64,000 nucleotides of DNA from NCBI GenBank assembly GCA_965243205.1, contig CBDEUK010000002.1, forward strand, positions 640,001-704,000, written 5' to 3'. The translations under genes were made by a program, and so were the position numbers. Source of the DNA: Gammaproteobacteria bacterium. Lineage in GTDB: Bacteria > Pseudomonadota > Gammaproteobacteria > Eutrophobiales > Eutrophobiaceae. How positions within the stretch are numbered: position 1 is the stretch's first letter; every line of letters begins with the position of its first letter. This document shows, piece by piece, positions 42,225-51,965 of the stretch. The notes under the pieces are model-generated. The model saw nothing but the letters and a program-made list of their open reading frames with translations, was not told where the DNA came from and did no database searches.

Positions 42225-43304
42225 GTGAACAATAACAAACATTTATATTGGCTTGATCTAATAAGATTTTTAGCAGCTTTAGTTGTTGTAATTGTACACG
42301 CTAGAGGCTCATCCTTTGTTAAATATGGATTACTTGAAGATTCTGATAAATCTGTATTGATTACTATTTTTTATGCTCTAACCAGAATAGGCAACGAAGC
42401 AGTCATTGTTTTTTTTGTTCTAAGTGGTTTTTTAGTTGGAGGTAAAGTTTTTGATCGGGTTTTAAAAAATACATTTAAACCAAAAGATTATGCAATAGAT
42501 CGTTCTGTTAGAATTTTTCTGCCTTTAATTCCAGCTCTGATTTTAACTGCTTTAATACAAAAGATAATTGGAAACCCGTTTGATGTATATGAACTTTTTG
42601 GAAACTTATTTTCATTACAAGGTGTATTTTTTCAGCCATTCGCAGGAAATGGACCATTATGGTCTCTAGCATATGAAATATGGTTTTATATATTTGCTTA
42701 TTCTTTGGGCGCTCTATTTATAAATAAAAAAGAAATTAATGCATTTAGTCTATTTTTATTAATACTTGTCTTTGGTGTTTTTACAGAGTTAAAAATTGTA
42801 TATTTATTTTCATGGATAATTGGCGCTATAGCATATTTTAATTTGCCTAAAGAATTTTCAATTAAAAGCTTTATTATTTCTAATGTATTGATTCTTTATT
42901 CTATAGCATCAACTCAAATAAATTTTGAATCAGTCTCAATAAATAATTTATGGTTTAAGAAATACTTTCCTTCTTATGAAATTTCGATATTGTTATTATC
43001 AATTGGTATTGCATTATTCATACGACAAATTATTTTATTAAAACCTAGAAATCATTTGATAAAAATAATTGATATTGCCGGCAGTTATTTAGCCTCATTT
43101 TCATATACACTATATTTATGTCATTACCCTATCCTACAATTACTAAATTATTTAGGATTTCCAAAATCACAATCTATAAACTTTAATAACATTCTTTTTT
43201 TCATTTCATCCATAATTATATGTTTAATTACGAGCTGGATTATGTATCTACTTTTTGAAAAACATACATATTCAATAAAAAAATGGATGAAAGTTAATAT
43301 TTAA
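42225..43304 (+). CDS. Membrane O-acyltransferase (acyltransferase-3/OafA family)
   Basis: LDLIRFLAA..V..H, VFFVLSGFL, WSLAYE.WFY, SYTLYLCH, FEK. Confidence 0.92.
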   Translation: MNNNKHLYWLDLIRFLAALVVVIVHARGSSFVKYGLLEDSDKSVLITIFYALTRIGNEAVIVFFVLSGFLVGGKVFDRVLKNTFKPKDYAIDRSVRIFLPLIPALILTALIQKIIGNPFDVYELFGNLFSLQGVFFQPFAGNGPLWSLAYEIWFYIFAYSLGALFINKKEINAFSLFLLILVFGVFTELKIVYLFSWIIGAIAYFNLPKEFSIKSFIISNVLILYSIASTQINFESVSINNLWFKKYFPSYEISILLLSIGIALFIRQIILLKPRNHLIKIIDIAGSYLASFSYTLYLCHYPILQLLNYLGFPKSQSINFNNILFFISSIIICLITSWIMYLLFEKHTYSIKKWMKVNI

Positions 43305-43314
43305 TTATTTTCGA

Positions 43315-43347
43315 TAAAAAAAACCGACATAAAGTCGGTTTTTTTTA
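43315..43347. terminator. Bidirectional intrinsic terminator
   Basis: A-tract-CCGAC-ATAAA-GTCGG-T-tract between convergent genes. Confidence 0.85.
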
Positions 43348-43364
43348 TCTGTTTAGTAAAATTA

Positions 43365-45740
43365 TTATAATTTTTTCAAAGCAGCTTTCGCTTCTTCAAT
43401 ACCATAGTAATCTGCTTTTTCACCTGTAGCAGCAACTAATGCATCTTTAGCTTTTTGATTATCGCCTTTTTTGTAATAAGCCATTCCTAAATGATAATGT
43501 AATTCCGGTGAGTTAGGCGCAAGCTCCACTGCTTTTTCAAGATAATCAATCGCACCAACAATATTATTTTGTTTATAATATAGCCAACCTACAGTATCTA
43601 AATATGCTGGACTATTTTGTTCTTTTAAACCTTCAACCAATATCGCTGCTCGTTTCAAACTTTGTTCGTCACCACGATAATTCATCAATAACATCGCAAG
43701 ATTATTAGCAGCCAAAACGTTTTCTTCTTCTTTAATAAGCACTTCTTCGTAAATAGAAATTGCTTTATCAAACTCCGATTGTTTTTCATATAGCTTCGCT
43801 AATTCTGTGACCAAAATAATAGAAGATTCCGTTTGTTTAATACCTTTTTTATAAACAATTTCGGCTTGATCTTCCTGTTCATTCATTAAATATAAATTAG
43901 CTTTATTGCGATAAGGCAGTGCCCAATCAGGTTTTAATTTCATAGCTTTATCAAATGAATGCCATGAGTCTTTACGGTCACCTTTGAATAACAATACTTC
44001 TCCCAATAAATTATGCGCGACAAAGTTTTTGTCATTTGCCTTAACAACATTTTTTAATTTTTGAATAGCATCATCTGTTTTCTTTAATGATAAATAAGAT
44101 TTAACCATTTGAGTTAACGGTTGAATTGCATCTGGTGCTAACTCAATCGCTTTATCAAACTCAGGAATACTGTCTTCAAGTTTTTGTTGAGCTTGTTTAA
44201 GTAAACCAGCGTAGTGATAACCGATAGGCTTATCAGGGTGTGCTGCCTTTATTCGCGTCACGACTTCATTCGCAGAATCCCAATCTTTCTGAGATACCAT
44301 CACACGAAACATAGTTTGCATAGCACCAAGATTCTCTGGTTGAATCTCTAGCACTTCATCCAATTGTTTTACAACCCCATCAACATCGTTATTCGCTGCT
44401 AGTATTCGAATATAGTCTTCACGTAATACAAAGTTATCAGGCGCTAGATTTACCGCTCGTTTCAACATATCACGCGATAGGCTTAATTCATTATTTGCAG
44501 CATGCGCCCTAGCTAACAAACGTAAGAGTCGGACAGAATTTGGTTGATCGCGCATTGCTGAACGAAAATCAGCAATTGCAGTGTTCGCATCTTGTTCTGC
44601 TAAAGCAATCTTACCCCGAAGCGTTAGTGCTTGTTGATCATTAGGGTTTTCAGCTAAAACTTCTGCTAATAAGATTTTAGCTTTTTCAATTTCTCGAATA
44701 CGAGCGTAAAGTTCTGCGATTTCGTTACGTGCTTTTAGACCATTTGGTTTAATGCCTTCAGCTTCAATAATACTTTCGTAGATCTTAATAGCTTCTTCTG
44801 ATTTAGCTTCAGCTTCATAGACTTTAGCAAGACTAAATTTAAGCTGATAATTTTCAGGCTCAGCTTCCACCATTTTAACTAATTCAGCTTTGGCAGTATC
44901 TTCATCACGATTATCTGCAAGAAATTTAATCAACAATAATTTAACATTGTTATCATCAGGTAAATCTTTCGCCATTTGACGTAATACTGATTCTGCTTTA
45001 TCCATTTCTTTCGCAGTTGTATATAGGGTTGCGAGCCTAACACGATGAGCCGAAACGTCTGGTTGCTGTCTTACCAACTGTTTCATGATATCAGCTGCTT
45101 TTAACATTTCTTTTTGACTTGCATATATACCTGCAAGAATTGTCTTTAAGCGTGTATCTTCAGGATTATTTTTGATGCCTTTTTGTAATAATGCGATGGC
45201 TTCATCAAACTTTTTCTCGCTTACATAAATAGCACCCATTAATGAAAGTGCATTAATATTATTCGGTTCAAGTTTTAAAGCCTTTTCTGCATTGAAACGC
45301 GCAACGGCATATTCTTTTTTCTGAGCTTTCACACTACCCATAAAAGCCAGAGCATCTGCATTTTCAGGATCATTTTCTAATGCAATTTTTGCTTCTTCTT
45401 CAGCCTTCTCTATCGCACGAGCTAGTAAATAAAACTGTCCCATTGCGATTCTTGACTTTGTATGTTTCGGATCCAATTCTAGAACTTTACTATAATGCCC
45501 AGCTGCAGAACGCCATTCTTGTAAATTTTCTTGTGTGAGAGCCATTTTGTAATGGGCCTCAAGATCTTCAGGGTCAATTTGTAGTACGTTTTTGTATTCC
45601 AGACGAGCTTTTTCATACTCACCCTGTTCAAAGAGTGCTTCACCTTTTTGAAAATATTCTGCTTTTCGGTCCTCTGGACTACCGCAAGCGGTGATAAAAA
45701 TTGCTAGGGAAATAATAAATAGTTGTTTGATCATATTCAT
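43365..45740 (-). CDS. TPR-repeat lipoprotein, PEP-CTERM system PrsT-like
   Basis: Lipobox FITAC, TPR repeats throughout, AANNLA...DTVGW...YHLG C-terminus; within exosortase locus. Confidence 0.88.
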   Translation of the reverse strand: MNMIKQLFIISLAIFITACGSPEDRKAEYFQKGEALFEQGEYEKARLEYKNVLQIDPEDLEAHYKMALTQENLQEWRSAAGHYSKVLELDPKHTKSRIAMGQFYLLARAIEKAEEEAKIALENDPENADALAFMGSVKAQKKEYAVARFNAEKALKLEPNNINALSLMGAIYVSEKKFDEAIALLQKGIKNNPEDTRLKTILAGIYASQKEMLKAADIMKQLVRQQPDVSAHRVRLATLYTTAKEMDKAESVLRQMAKDLPDDNNVKLLLIKFLADNRDEDTAKAELVKMVEAEPENYQLKFSLAKVYEAEAKSEEAIKIYESIIEAEGIKPNGLKARNEIAELYARIREIEKAKILLAEVLAENPNDQQALTLRGKIALAEQDANTAIADFRSAMRDQPNSVRLLRLLARAHAANNELSLSRDMLKRAVNLAPDNFVLREDYIRILAANNDVDGVVKQLDEVLEIQPENLGAMQTMFRVMVSQKDWDSANEVVTRIKAAHPDKPIGYHYAGLLKQAQQKLEDSIPEFDKAIELAPDAIQPLTQMVKSYLSLKKTDDAIQKLKNVVKANDKNFVAHNLLGEVLLFKGDRKDSWHSFDKAMKLKPDWALPYRNKANLYLMNEQEDQAEIVYKKGIKQTESSIILVTELAKLYEKQSEFDKAISIYEEVLIKEEENVLAANNLAMLLMNYRGDEQSLKRAAILVEGLKEQNSPAYLDTVGWLYYKQNNIVGAIDYLEKAVELAPNSPELHYHLGMAYYKKGDNQKAKDALVAATGEKADYYGIEEAKAALKKL

Positions 45741-45836
45741 GGGGTCGAATTGTTACCGTTAAAAATTACAGTTTAGTGAAAAAATAGAATAAATCTGTTA
45801 AATATTTCTGAAAACAAGGTATTTTTTACAGGAATA

Positions 45837-47468
45837 TTACACAAAAGTGCAGATCAGCAATGAACTAAAGCAAATTAATAAAATTCCTTTAATAGTATAT
45901 TGATGTTTCCGTATCGACATCAGTAAATACTCAGAGGCGTAAAATAACACGAATAGCCATGCTATCAAAGATGCAAAACCAATCGCATCATCATTCAAAC
46001 TCGAAGTAAACGCCGTGAACGAAATCACTATAAAAATAATGATGTAATCCAACGGAGTCACACTTACCTTACCTCTATCAGGCATCATTAATCCAAGAAT
46101 TATAAATAATGCTAATACTGCAAATATGATATTCAAAGTAGAACGAGAAGAGTTCAATAACCCAGGTTCTGTATAGATTAAATAAATGCTAAATGTACTA
46201 ACCACATATAAACCTATACGAATGATCAAATCAGATGCTTCGGTTTTTGGATAAAACTGACTTCCGATAATGGTTATCACAAGAATCAGCGCAATAGTCG
46301 ACAAAATAATAGGAATATTTCCTACTGAAAATGCAACCCAAGAAAAGAACGTAGGAATAAATAACAAGAGTAAACTCGAAATAGCTAATACTAAGAATGG
46401 TCGTTTGTCTCCAACACTACCCAAAAACCGTTTCATGAACGATATTCTTGAATCTTTTCTAAGCTCTGAATCTTTCGGTTTAGAATTTACTAATAGAATA
46501 TTGATCAAAATACCAAATAATATGTAATAAAAAAGAATTGCATAATCCTGGTAATAACGAAAAAAATACGCACAGATGACCATCAATGATTGAATCAGAT
46601 AAATAACAAACACGACCTCATAATGGTCTAATCCAATATTAAGTAACTTATGATGAATATGGTTTTTATCAGGTTTGAATGGCGACTTACCGTTTAATAA
46701 TCGAGTACAAATCACTATAAAAGTATCTAGTATTGGCAAACCTAAAATAACCATACCAATCGATGGGCTCAAAACAGGATTAACATCCTGGATTAATATA
46801 ATCGCAAGTACTCCAATAGCAAATCCTAAAAATTGACTACCTGTATCCCCCATAAATATAACAGCTGGATGAGTGTTAAAACGTAAAAAACCAAACACAG
46901 CTCCCATAACCGCTAATGTTATCATAACAAAAGAAACATCTTCGGCTTGATAACCTAAAATAGCTATCACACCTAAGCTTAATAAAGCACCCCCACCTGC
47001 TAAACCATCCAAACCATCTGATAAATTAATTGCATTCATTGCACCTAATAAAACAAAAAAGGTAAATGGTATTGCATAAAGATCTGGAATGATTCCATTA
47101 TATAAAAATGACATAGAGTCTATTTTTATATCTGCAAAAAAGATCACAATAAAAGAGGCAAGCAATTGGCCAACAAACTTAATCCGATAACCTAACTGTA
47201 CTCGGTCATCCCACATTCCAAATCCAGCTAATACAATAGTCGCAATAATAAATGCTATAGTTCGTTGATCAAGTTGTACAAAAAGTAATATCGATACAAG
47301 CGAACCAATGACCATTGCGATACCACCAATTCTAGGTATAGCACCTGTATGGACTTTTCGTTCATCGGGTGTATCAACAAATTTAAAACGAACAGCTAAC
47401 TTCATCAATGGAGGAATCAACAACAAGCTGCATAACATGGAAAGCATGAAGATATTAAATAGAAGCAT
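45837..47468 (-). CDS. WecA/MraY-family polyprenyl-phosphate HexNAc-1-P transferase with C-terminal TM extension
   Basis: RKVH..AIPRIGG, WDD, NLSDGLDGL, FMGDTGS, HIHH. Confidence 0.9.
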   Translation of the reverse strand: MLLFNIFMLSMLCSLLLIPPLMKLAVRFKFVDTPDERKVHTGAIPRIGGIAMVIGSLVSILLFVQLDQRTIAFIIATIVLAGFGMWDDRVQLGYRIKFVGQLLASFIVIFFADIKIDSMSFLYNGIIPDLYAIPFTFFVLLGAMNAINLSDGLDGLAGGGALLSLGVIAILGYQAEDVSFVMITLAVMGAVFGFLRFNTHPAVIFMGDTGSQFLGFAIGVLAIILIQDVNPVLSPSIGMVILGLPILDTFIVICTRLLNGKSPFKPDKNHIHHKLLNIGLDHYEVVFVIYLIQSLMVICAYFFRYYQDYAILFYYILFGILINILLVNSKPKDSELRKDSRISFMKRFLGSVGDKRPFLVLAISSLLLLFIPTFFSWVAFSVGNIPIILSTIALILVITIIGSQFYPKTEASDLIIRIGLYVVSTFSIYLIYTEPGLLNSSRSTLNIIFAVLALFIILGLMMPDRGKVSVTPLDYIIIFIVISFTAFTSSLNDDAIGFASLIAWLFVLFYASEYLLMSIRKHQYTIKGILLICFSSLLICTFV

Positions 47469-47512
47469 AGTAATATAAGTACGTCACAAGTTAGACATAC
47501 TGAGCCCTTTCC

Positions 47513-49075
47513 TTAGTTAGGGATATAGTCCTGTAATAGTTCATTTGATTCTGACATAAATTCAGTCAATCGTTTATCTGCCAAGGTGATATCTTCATTT
47601 TTACCTAGAGGAGAAATAACACGAATCAAAGCTCCATCGGTTCTGTTGCGGGTTAATGAATCCCAAAACAAATACCATTTCGCTAAATATTCATTCGTTA
47701 TATTACGGCCACGTTGTTGAAACCAGTAATAAACTAACTGGCGTGCCTCTCCATATTGAATTAGTGCACGATTAACATTTAATGGAGTTCCTCGAAAATC
47801 AACTTCGTTCAAGGCTACGGTTTGTAGATCTTTAATTACCCAACCACCGCCTGGCAAGCAAGTTCTTGGAGAATGAATTGAACTCCCAGCTTTTTGTGTA
47901 TCGTAATAGGCTACATAAAAATTGATATTGTCCGAACCTTTATGTTTATAATCAGAAATAATGTAATCTGTCATTCCAGTTAATGCACTAACAAATTGTG
48001 GTTCCATATTACTACGAGTCCCTTGCCAACTACCTATTTCATCAGGGAATGATACGAACTGATGCCGCTCAGGAATATCATAACCTTTATTTTCTAATGA
48101 CTTGAACGCAATTAGAGCTAGAATTAATAATGGAATAGTCATAATAAATAAAGGAGCAATTTTTCGCGTAGCTAGTTGTCCTCCTTTTATTGGTTCTGGA
48201 ACTTCTAAACCAAACACCTCAGATAATTTTCGCCCTTTATTAAATATAATTGTGAAAAGCCACATTTCTAAAAACAAAATTCCAACACATGCCATAAAGA
48301 TAATCCATCCTTCAAAATCATGAAGAAATCCTTCTGCCTGTTCTATTCCAAAGTAATTAACTAAAACTCCTATCATGCCAATACGAAAGCTATTCATTAA
48401 TACTGTAATGGGAATAGTCGTTAGGAATATAACTATTCTTTGCCATAAGGGAGCACTGAATAGATAACCACAAATAAATCCAAAACTCATCAAAGGAAAC
48501 AAATAACGAAGTCCACTACATGCTTCCACTACTTGGAGTTTATAAACACCTAAATCAATCACATTGCCTTCTAAATAAACACTAATATCAAATAATCGTA
48601 TTACTGCCACACCTATAGCTGATGAAATAAGTTGTAACTTTTGTGATAGAGTTGCGTATAAAAAAGAAGGTAGTGGAACCATGAACATCAATAGTAATAG
48701 TGGTGCCCACAATAATCTAAATACTTTTTGCCCTACTAGCGTATATATAATTCCATAAATACATATAACGAAAGCATATTGTTGTATTGTGAGGATACTT
48801 CCTTTTATACCAATAAGACCAACAAACAATCCAAGCAATAAAATCAATAACCCTACCCAGGAAGATTTAAATTCTAATATTTCCAGCTCGAATCTCTTTT
48901 GCCAAATAAAATAACAAGCAACGATAGGGATTAGAAAGCCATGAGAATATTCTTCTCTGTTCATCCACCATCTAACCATTTGAGAAAAACCTGGATAAAA
49001 TAAATAGGCTGATATAGCTATGCCTGCCAAAAGAATTATCAATATAGTAATATTTGTCTGATTTAATTTGTTCAT
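47513..49075 (-). CDS. xrtD: Exosortase with fused EpsI domain (XrtD-like, VPLPA-CTERM type)
   Basis: YSHG, VVEACSGLRY (catalytic Cys), NSFR, LHDFEG; EpsI motifs HSPRTC, YYWF, RTDGA. Confidence 0.88.
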   Translation of the reverse strand: MNKLNQTNITILIILLAGIAISAYLFYPGFSQMVRWWMNREEYSHGFLIPIVACYFIWQKRFELEILEFKSSWVGLLILLLGLFVGLIGIKGSILTIQQYAFVICIYGIIYTLVGQKVFRLLWAPLLLLMFMVPLPSFLYATLSQKLQLISSAIGVAVIRLFDISVYLEGNVIDLGVYKLQVVEACSGLRYLFPLMSFGFICGYLFSAPLWQRIVIFLTTIPITVLMNSFRIGMIGVLVNYFGIEQAEGFLHDFEGWIIFMACVGILFLEMWLFTIIFNKGRKLSEVFGLEVPEPIKGGQLATRKIAPLFIMTIPLLILALIAFKSLENKGYDIPERHQFVSFPDEIGSWQGTRSNMEPQFVSALTGMTDYIISDYKHKGSDNINFYVAYYDTQKAGSSIHSPRTCLPGGGWVIKDLQTVALNEVDFRGTPLNVNRALIQYGEARQLVYYWFQQRGRNITNEYLAKWYLFWDSLTRNRTDGALIRVISPLGKNEDITLADKRLTEFMSESNELLQDYIPN

Positions 49076-49078
49076 AAT

Positions 49079-49921
49079 CTAGATTGTTAAGTTTTGTTTT
49101 CTTCGTTTTAACTCTAATACTTTTAAGTCTATCATCATTTCATACGTGGCTCGCAAAATACAAAATACAAAACCAGCTTTACCTTCTAAAAAGCCTCCTC
49201 TGAATATATATAAGATCAGGAAAATAATTAAAGGTCTGAAAGGCAATGAATATACAATTTGTTTTAGTTTCTTTCGCCTCACTCCAGGGTCTTTTGAAAG
49301 TAAAGCCTTATAAGGCAATTTATCTCTTACCCCTTGAAATAAAACTTCCGCTTCCATGGTAGAATACTTATTATGTCTTTCCAGCCAATATGAATAGCCT
49401 TTATTAAACGGGAAATGCTCTATATGAGCATCCAGATTAGTTTTCTCATATTCTGTTGTATATTCTTCATTTATTTCTCTTTTAACCTCAACATAATCTG
49501 GCTTAACTAATCGACCAAACCATGTAGGATAACCACTGCTACGTTTTATCCATTTATCTAAAAAATGATCTTTTCTACGAAAATACATAAGAGCACATTC
49601 TGTTGTCGGCTCTTTGATATCAGGGTGATTTAAAAGTTCTTGATATAATTCATCAGTACATCTTTCATCAGCATCTAACATTAGAACCCATGGATTTTTA
49701 AATTCAATTTTTTTTAGACCAAAGTTACGTTGTTTAGCATAACCTTCAAATTTATTTTGAATTACTTTGACTCCAAGAGATTTAGCAATTTCGCATGTTT
49801 TATCCTGACTATATGAATCTAATATGACAATGTCGTTACACCAAGGAACACTTTTAATGCAATCAGCTATATTTATTTCTTCATTAAAAGTGAGAATCAG
49901 TACTGAAATATTAAGATTCAT
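49079..49921 (-). CDS. Glycosyltransferase family 2
   Basis: ILTFNEE, DSYSQD, LDADE. Confidence 0.92.
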   Translation of the reverse strand: MNLNISVLILTFNEEINIADCIKSVPWCNDIVILDSYSQDKTCEIAKSLGVKVIQNKFEGYAKQRNFGLKKIEFKNPWVLMLDADERCTDELYQELLNHPDIKEPTTECALMYFRRKDHFLDKWIKRSSGYPTWFGRLVKPDYVEVKREINEEYTTEYEKTNLDAHIEHFPFNKGYSYWLERHNKYSTMEAEVLFQGVRDKLPYKALLSKDPGVRRKKLKQIVYSLPFRPLIIFLILYIFRGGFLEGKAGFVFCILRATYEMMIDLKVLELKRRKQNLTI

Positions 49922-50676
49922 GATATTTTTTTACGCATAATAAATTGTGGCAGTTTTACAATATTTTTAAAAATTAAAGAATGTAAGCCTCCAACTGAAT
50001 TAGATTTAATTGCTTTATAATCTTCATTAGATTTTTCCAGAATATTTTTAATTGAACGGTTACTTGCCCCGCCGACACGCATTTTAACAAATACATTTGG
50101 CAAGTATTTTATACTAACATCTGGTTTGCTTAAGACCCTTAAAATAAAATCATAATCAGCAGCAATTTTGTATGAAGTATCAAAACAACCATAAGAATTA
50201 TAGATTTTTTTTCGCAGATACAGTGTCGGATGAGGAGGCATCCAGCCTAATTTAAGTTTTCTATTACTAAATTTTCCGGCCTTCCAATACCTGATAATAT
50301 CATCTGGATTATCTTTTTTAACGTAAATTAAATCTCCATATATACCATCTATATTTTTTTCCTGAAAACTATTAGCAATATTTTTAATAACATATGAATC
50401 ATGAAATAAATCATCCGAGTGCATAAATCCAATTATATCTCCTGTAGATAAGTTAATTCCCTTATTTAACGCATCATAAATACCTTTATCCGGTTCTGAA
50501 ATAATCCTATCAATTTTCGAATTATATTTTTTTAATAATTCTTTCGTTCCATCTGTCGAACAACCATCTACTATAATAAATTCAATATCCTGATAATCCT
50601 GAGAAAGTACTGATTTAATAGATTCTTCTATCGTTTCTATACTATTATATGTTGCTGTTATAATTGATACTTTCAA
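49918..50676 (-). CDS. Glycosyltransferase family 2 (WcaE-like, possible fucosyltransferase)
   Basis: SIITATYN, DG.STDGT, GIYDALNKG, HSDD, PPHP, AADY. Confidence 0.9.
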   Translation of the reverse strand: MKVSIITATYNSIETIEESIKSVLSQDYQDIEFIIVDGCSTDGTKELLKKYNSKIDRIISEPDKGIYDALNKGINLSTGDIIGFMHSDDLFHDSYVIKNIANSFQEKNIDGIYGDLIYVKKDNPDDIIRYWKAGKFSNRKLKLGWMPPHPTLYLRKKIYNSYGCFDTSYKIAADYDFILRVLSKPDVSIKYLPNVFVKMRVGGASNRSIKNILEKSNEDYKAIKSNSVGGLHSLIFKNIVKLPQFIMRKKIS

Positions 50677-50718
50677 TTTTAAGTATTACCTTATTCATTT
50701 TAATTAAAATTTTAAACT

Positions 50719-51321
50719 ATGAACGAACAATCGCATGAAAGTGAACATCAAAAAAAATTAGATTCTATTTATACAACGTATAAACAAAATTCTAAATATG
50801 ATTCTCCTTGGAGTATTTTCACAAGAATAAAAGTACTATTCTGGCATATTGTATGGCTATTCTTATTCCGTCCATCACCTAAGCCTTTTAAACGATGGAG
50901 AAATTTTCTATTGAAAATCTTTGGTGCAAAAATTCTAGGAAGTCCATTTATATCAAGCTCTGCCAGAATAAAAATGCCATGGAATTTATACCTATCTGAT
51001 CATTCATGCTTAGGTGAAAACGTTATTGTCTATAATCTTGCTCCAATCAAACTTGAAGCAGAATGTACTGTTGCTCAAGAGTGCTATCTATGTACAGGTA
51101 GTCATGACCTAGAACAACCAAGCGCACCTCTTATCGTAGCTCCTATACATATTGGAAAAGAAGCTTTTATTGGTGTAAGAAGTTTGATTCTTCCTGGAGT
51201 ATCAATCGGTAATAACGCTGTTGTTGGTGGTGGCTCTGTTGTCACTAAAAATGTAGCAGAAAACACAATTGTCGCAGGTAATCCAGCAACAATAATACGT
51301 CATAGAAATAATAAAGAATAA
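50719..51321 (+). CDS. WcaF-like hexapeptide-repeat acetyltransferase
   Basis: LFRPSP, MPWNL, YLCTGSHD, PGV.IG, AGNPA. Confidence 0.88.
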   Translation: MNEQSHESEHQKKLDSIYTTYKQNSKYDSPWSIFTRIKVLFWHIVWLFLFRPSPKPFKRWRNFLLKIFGAKILGSPFISSSARIKMPWNLYLSDHSCLGENVIVYNLAPIKLEAECTVAQECYLCTGSHDLEQPSAPLIVAPIHIGKEAFIGVRSLILPGVSIGNNAVVGGGSVVTKNVAENTIVAGNPATIIRHRNNKE

Positions 51322-51325
51322 TCGA

Positions 51326-51964
51326 CTAATAAAAATGAATATCGGTTGTTGTAACACCTGGGCGACACGGCCCTGTTCCTTTAAATCTTTTTATCGATTT
51401 TGCTGTAGATGAATCTAGTATTTCAGGATAACGCCATGAATCATCTACGATAATCCAGGCCCCAGGCTTTACTTTTTTTTGAATATGTTCAAAGCATGTA
51501 GGTCTTACTTTTTCTTTTTTCTCAATCCCATCTACTAAATAAATATCAAATTCACTATCAGGAATTGAATTTAAATAATTTGATTCAGAAAATTTACTTA
51601 CATCATCAAAATCAAATTCATGTAATTGAAGTTGAACTGATATATTTTCTAATGAATATCTTTCTGCAATTTTTTTTTCTACGTTTTTTAACCAAAAGGC
51701 ATTATCCTCCGTTGATACTACTCTTGCACCTTTAGATAAAAAGAATAGTGTTGAACCACCTGCACCATATTCAAATATGGTTTGACCAGGTTTTATATTT
51801 TCATTTAAAAATCGTATACATGCATGCGAAAACCAAGGTACTTCTAAATCAATCGGAGTTTTTTTACTCAATGGCCCCTCTTTAATATAAGGAATAATAT
51901 CCTGAGGATGAGTAAATAGATGAGATAACAATCTAACGGATCTTGTAAAAGTATTTCCTTCCAT
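51326..51964 (-). CDS. Class I SAM-dependent methyltransferase-like protein
   Basis: PW, IFEYGAGGST, LVDG..R, IIVDDS. Confidence 0.75.
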   Translation of the reverse strand: MEGNTFTRSVRLLSHLFTHPQDIIPYIKEGPLSKKTPIDLEVPWFSHACIRFLNENIKPGQTIFEYGAGGSTLFFLSKGARVVSTEDNAFWLKNVEKKIAERYSLENISVQLQLHEFDFDDVSKFSESNYLNSIPDSEFDIYLVDGIEKKEKVRPTCFEHIQKKVKPGAWIIVDDSWRYPEILDSSTAKSIKRFKGTGPCRPGVTTTDIHFY

Positions 51965-51965
51965 A

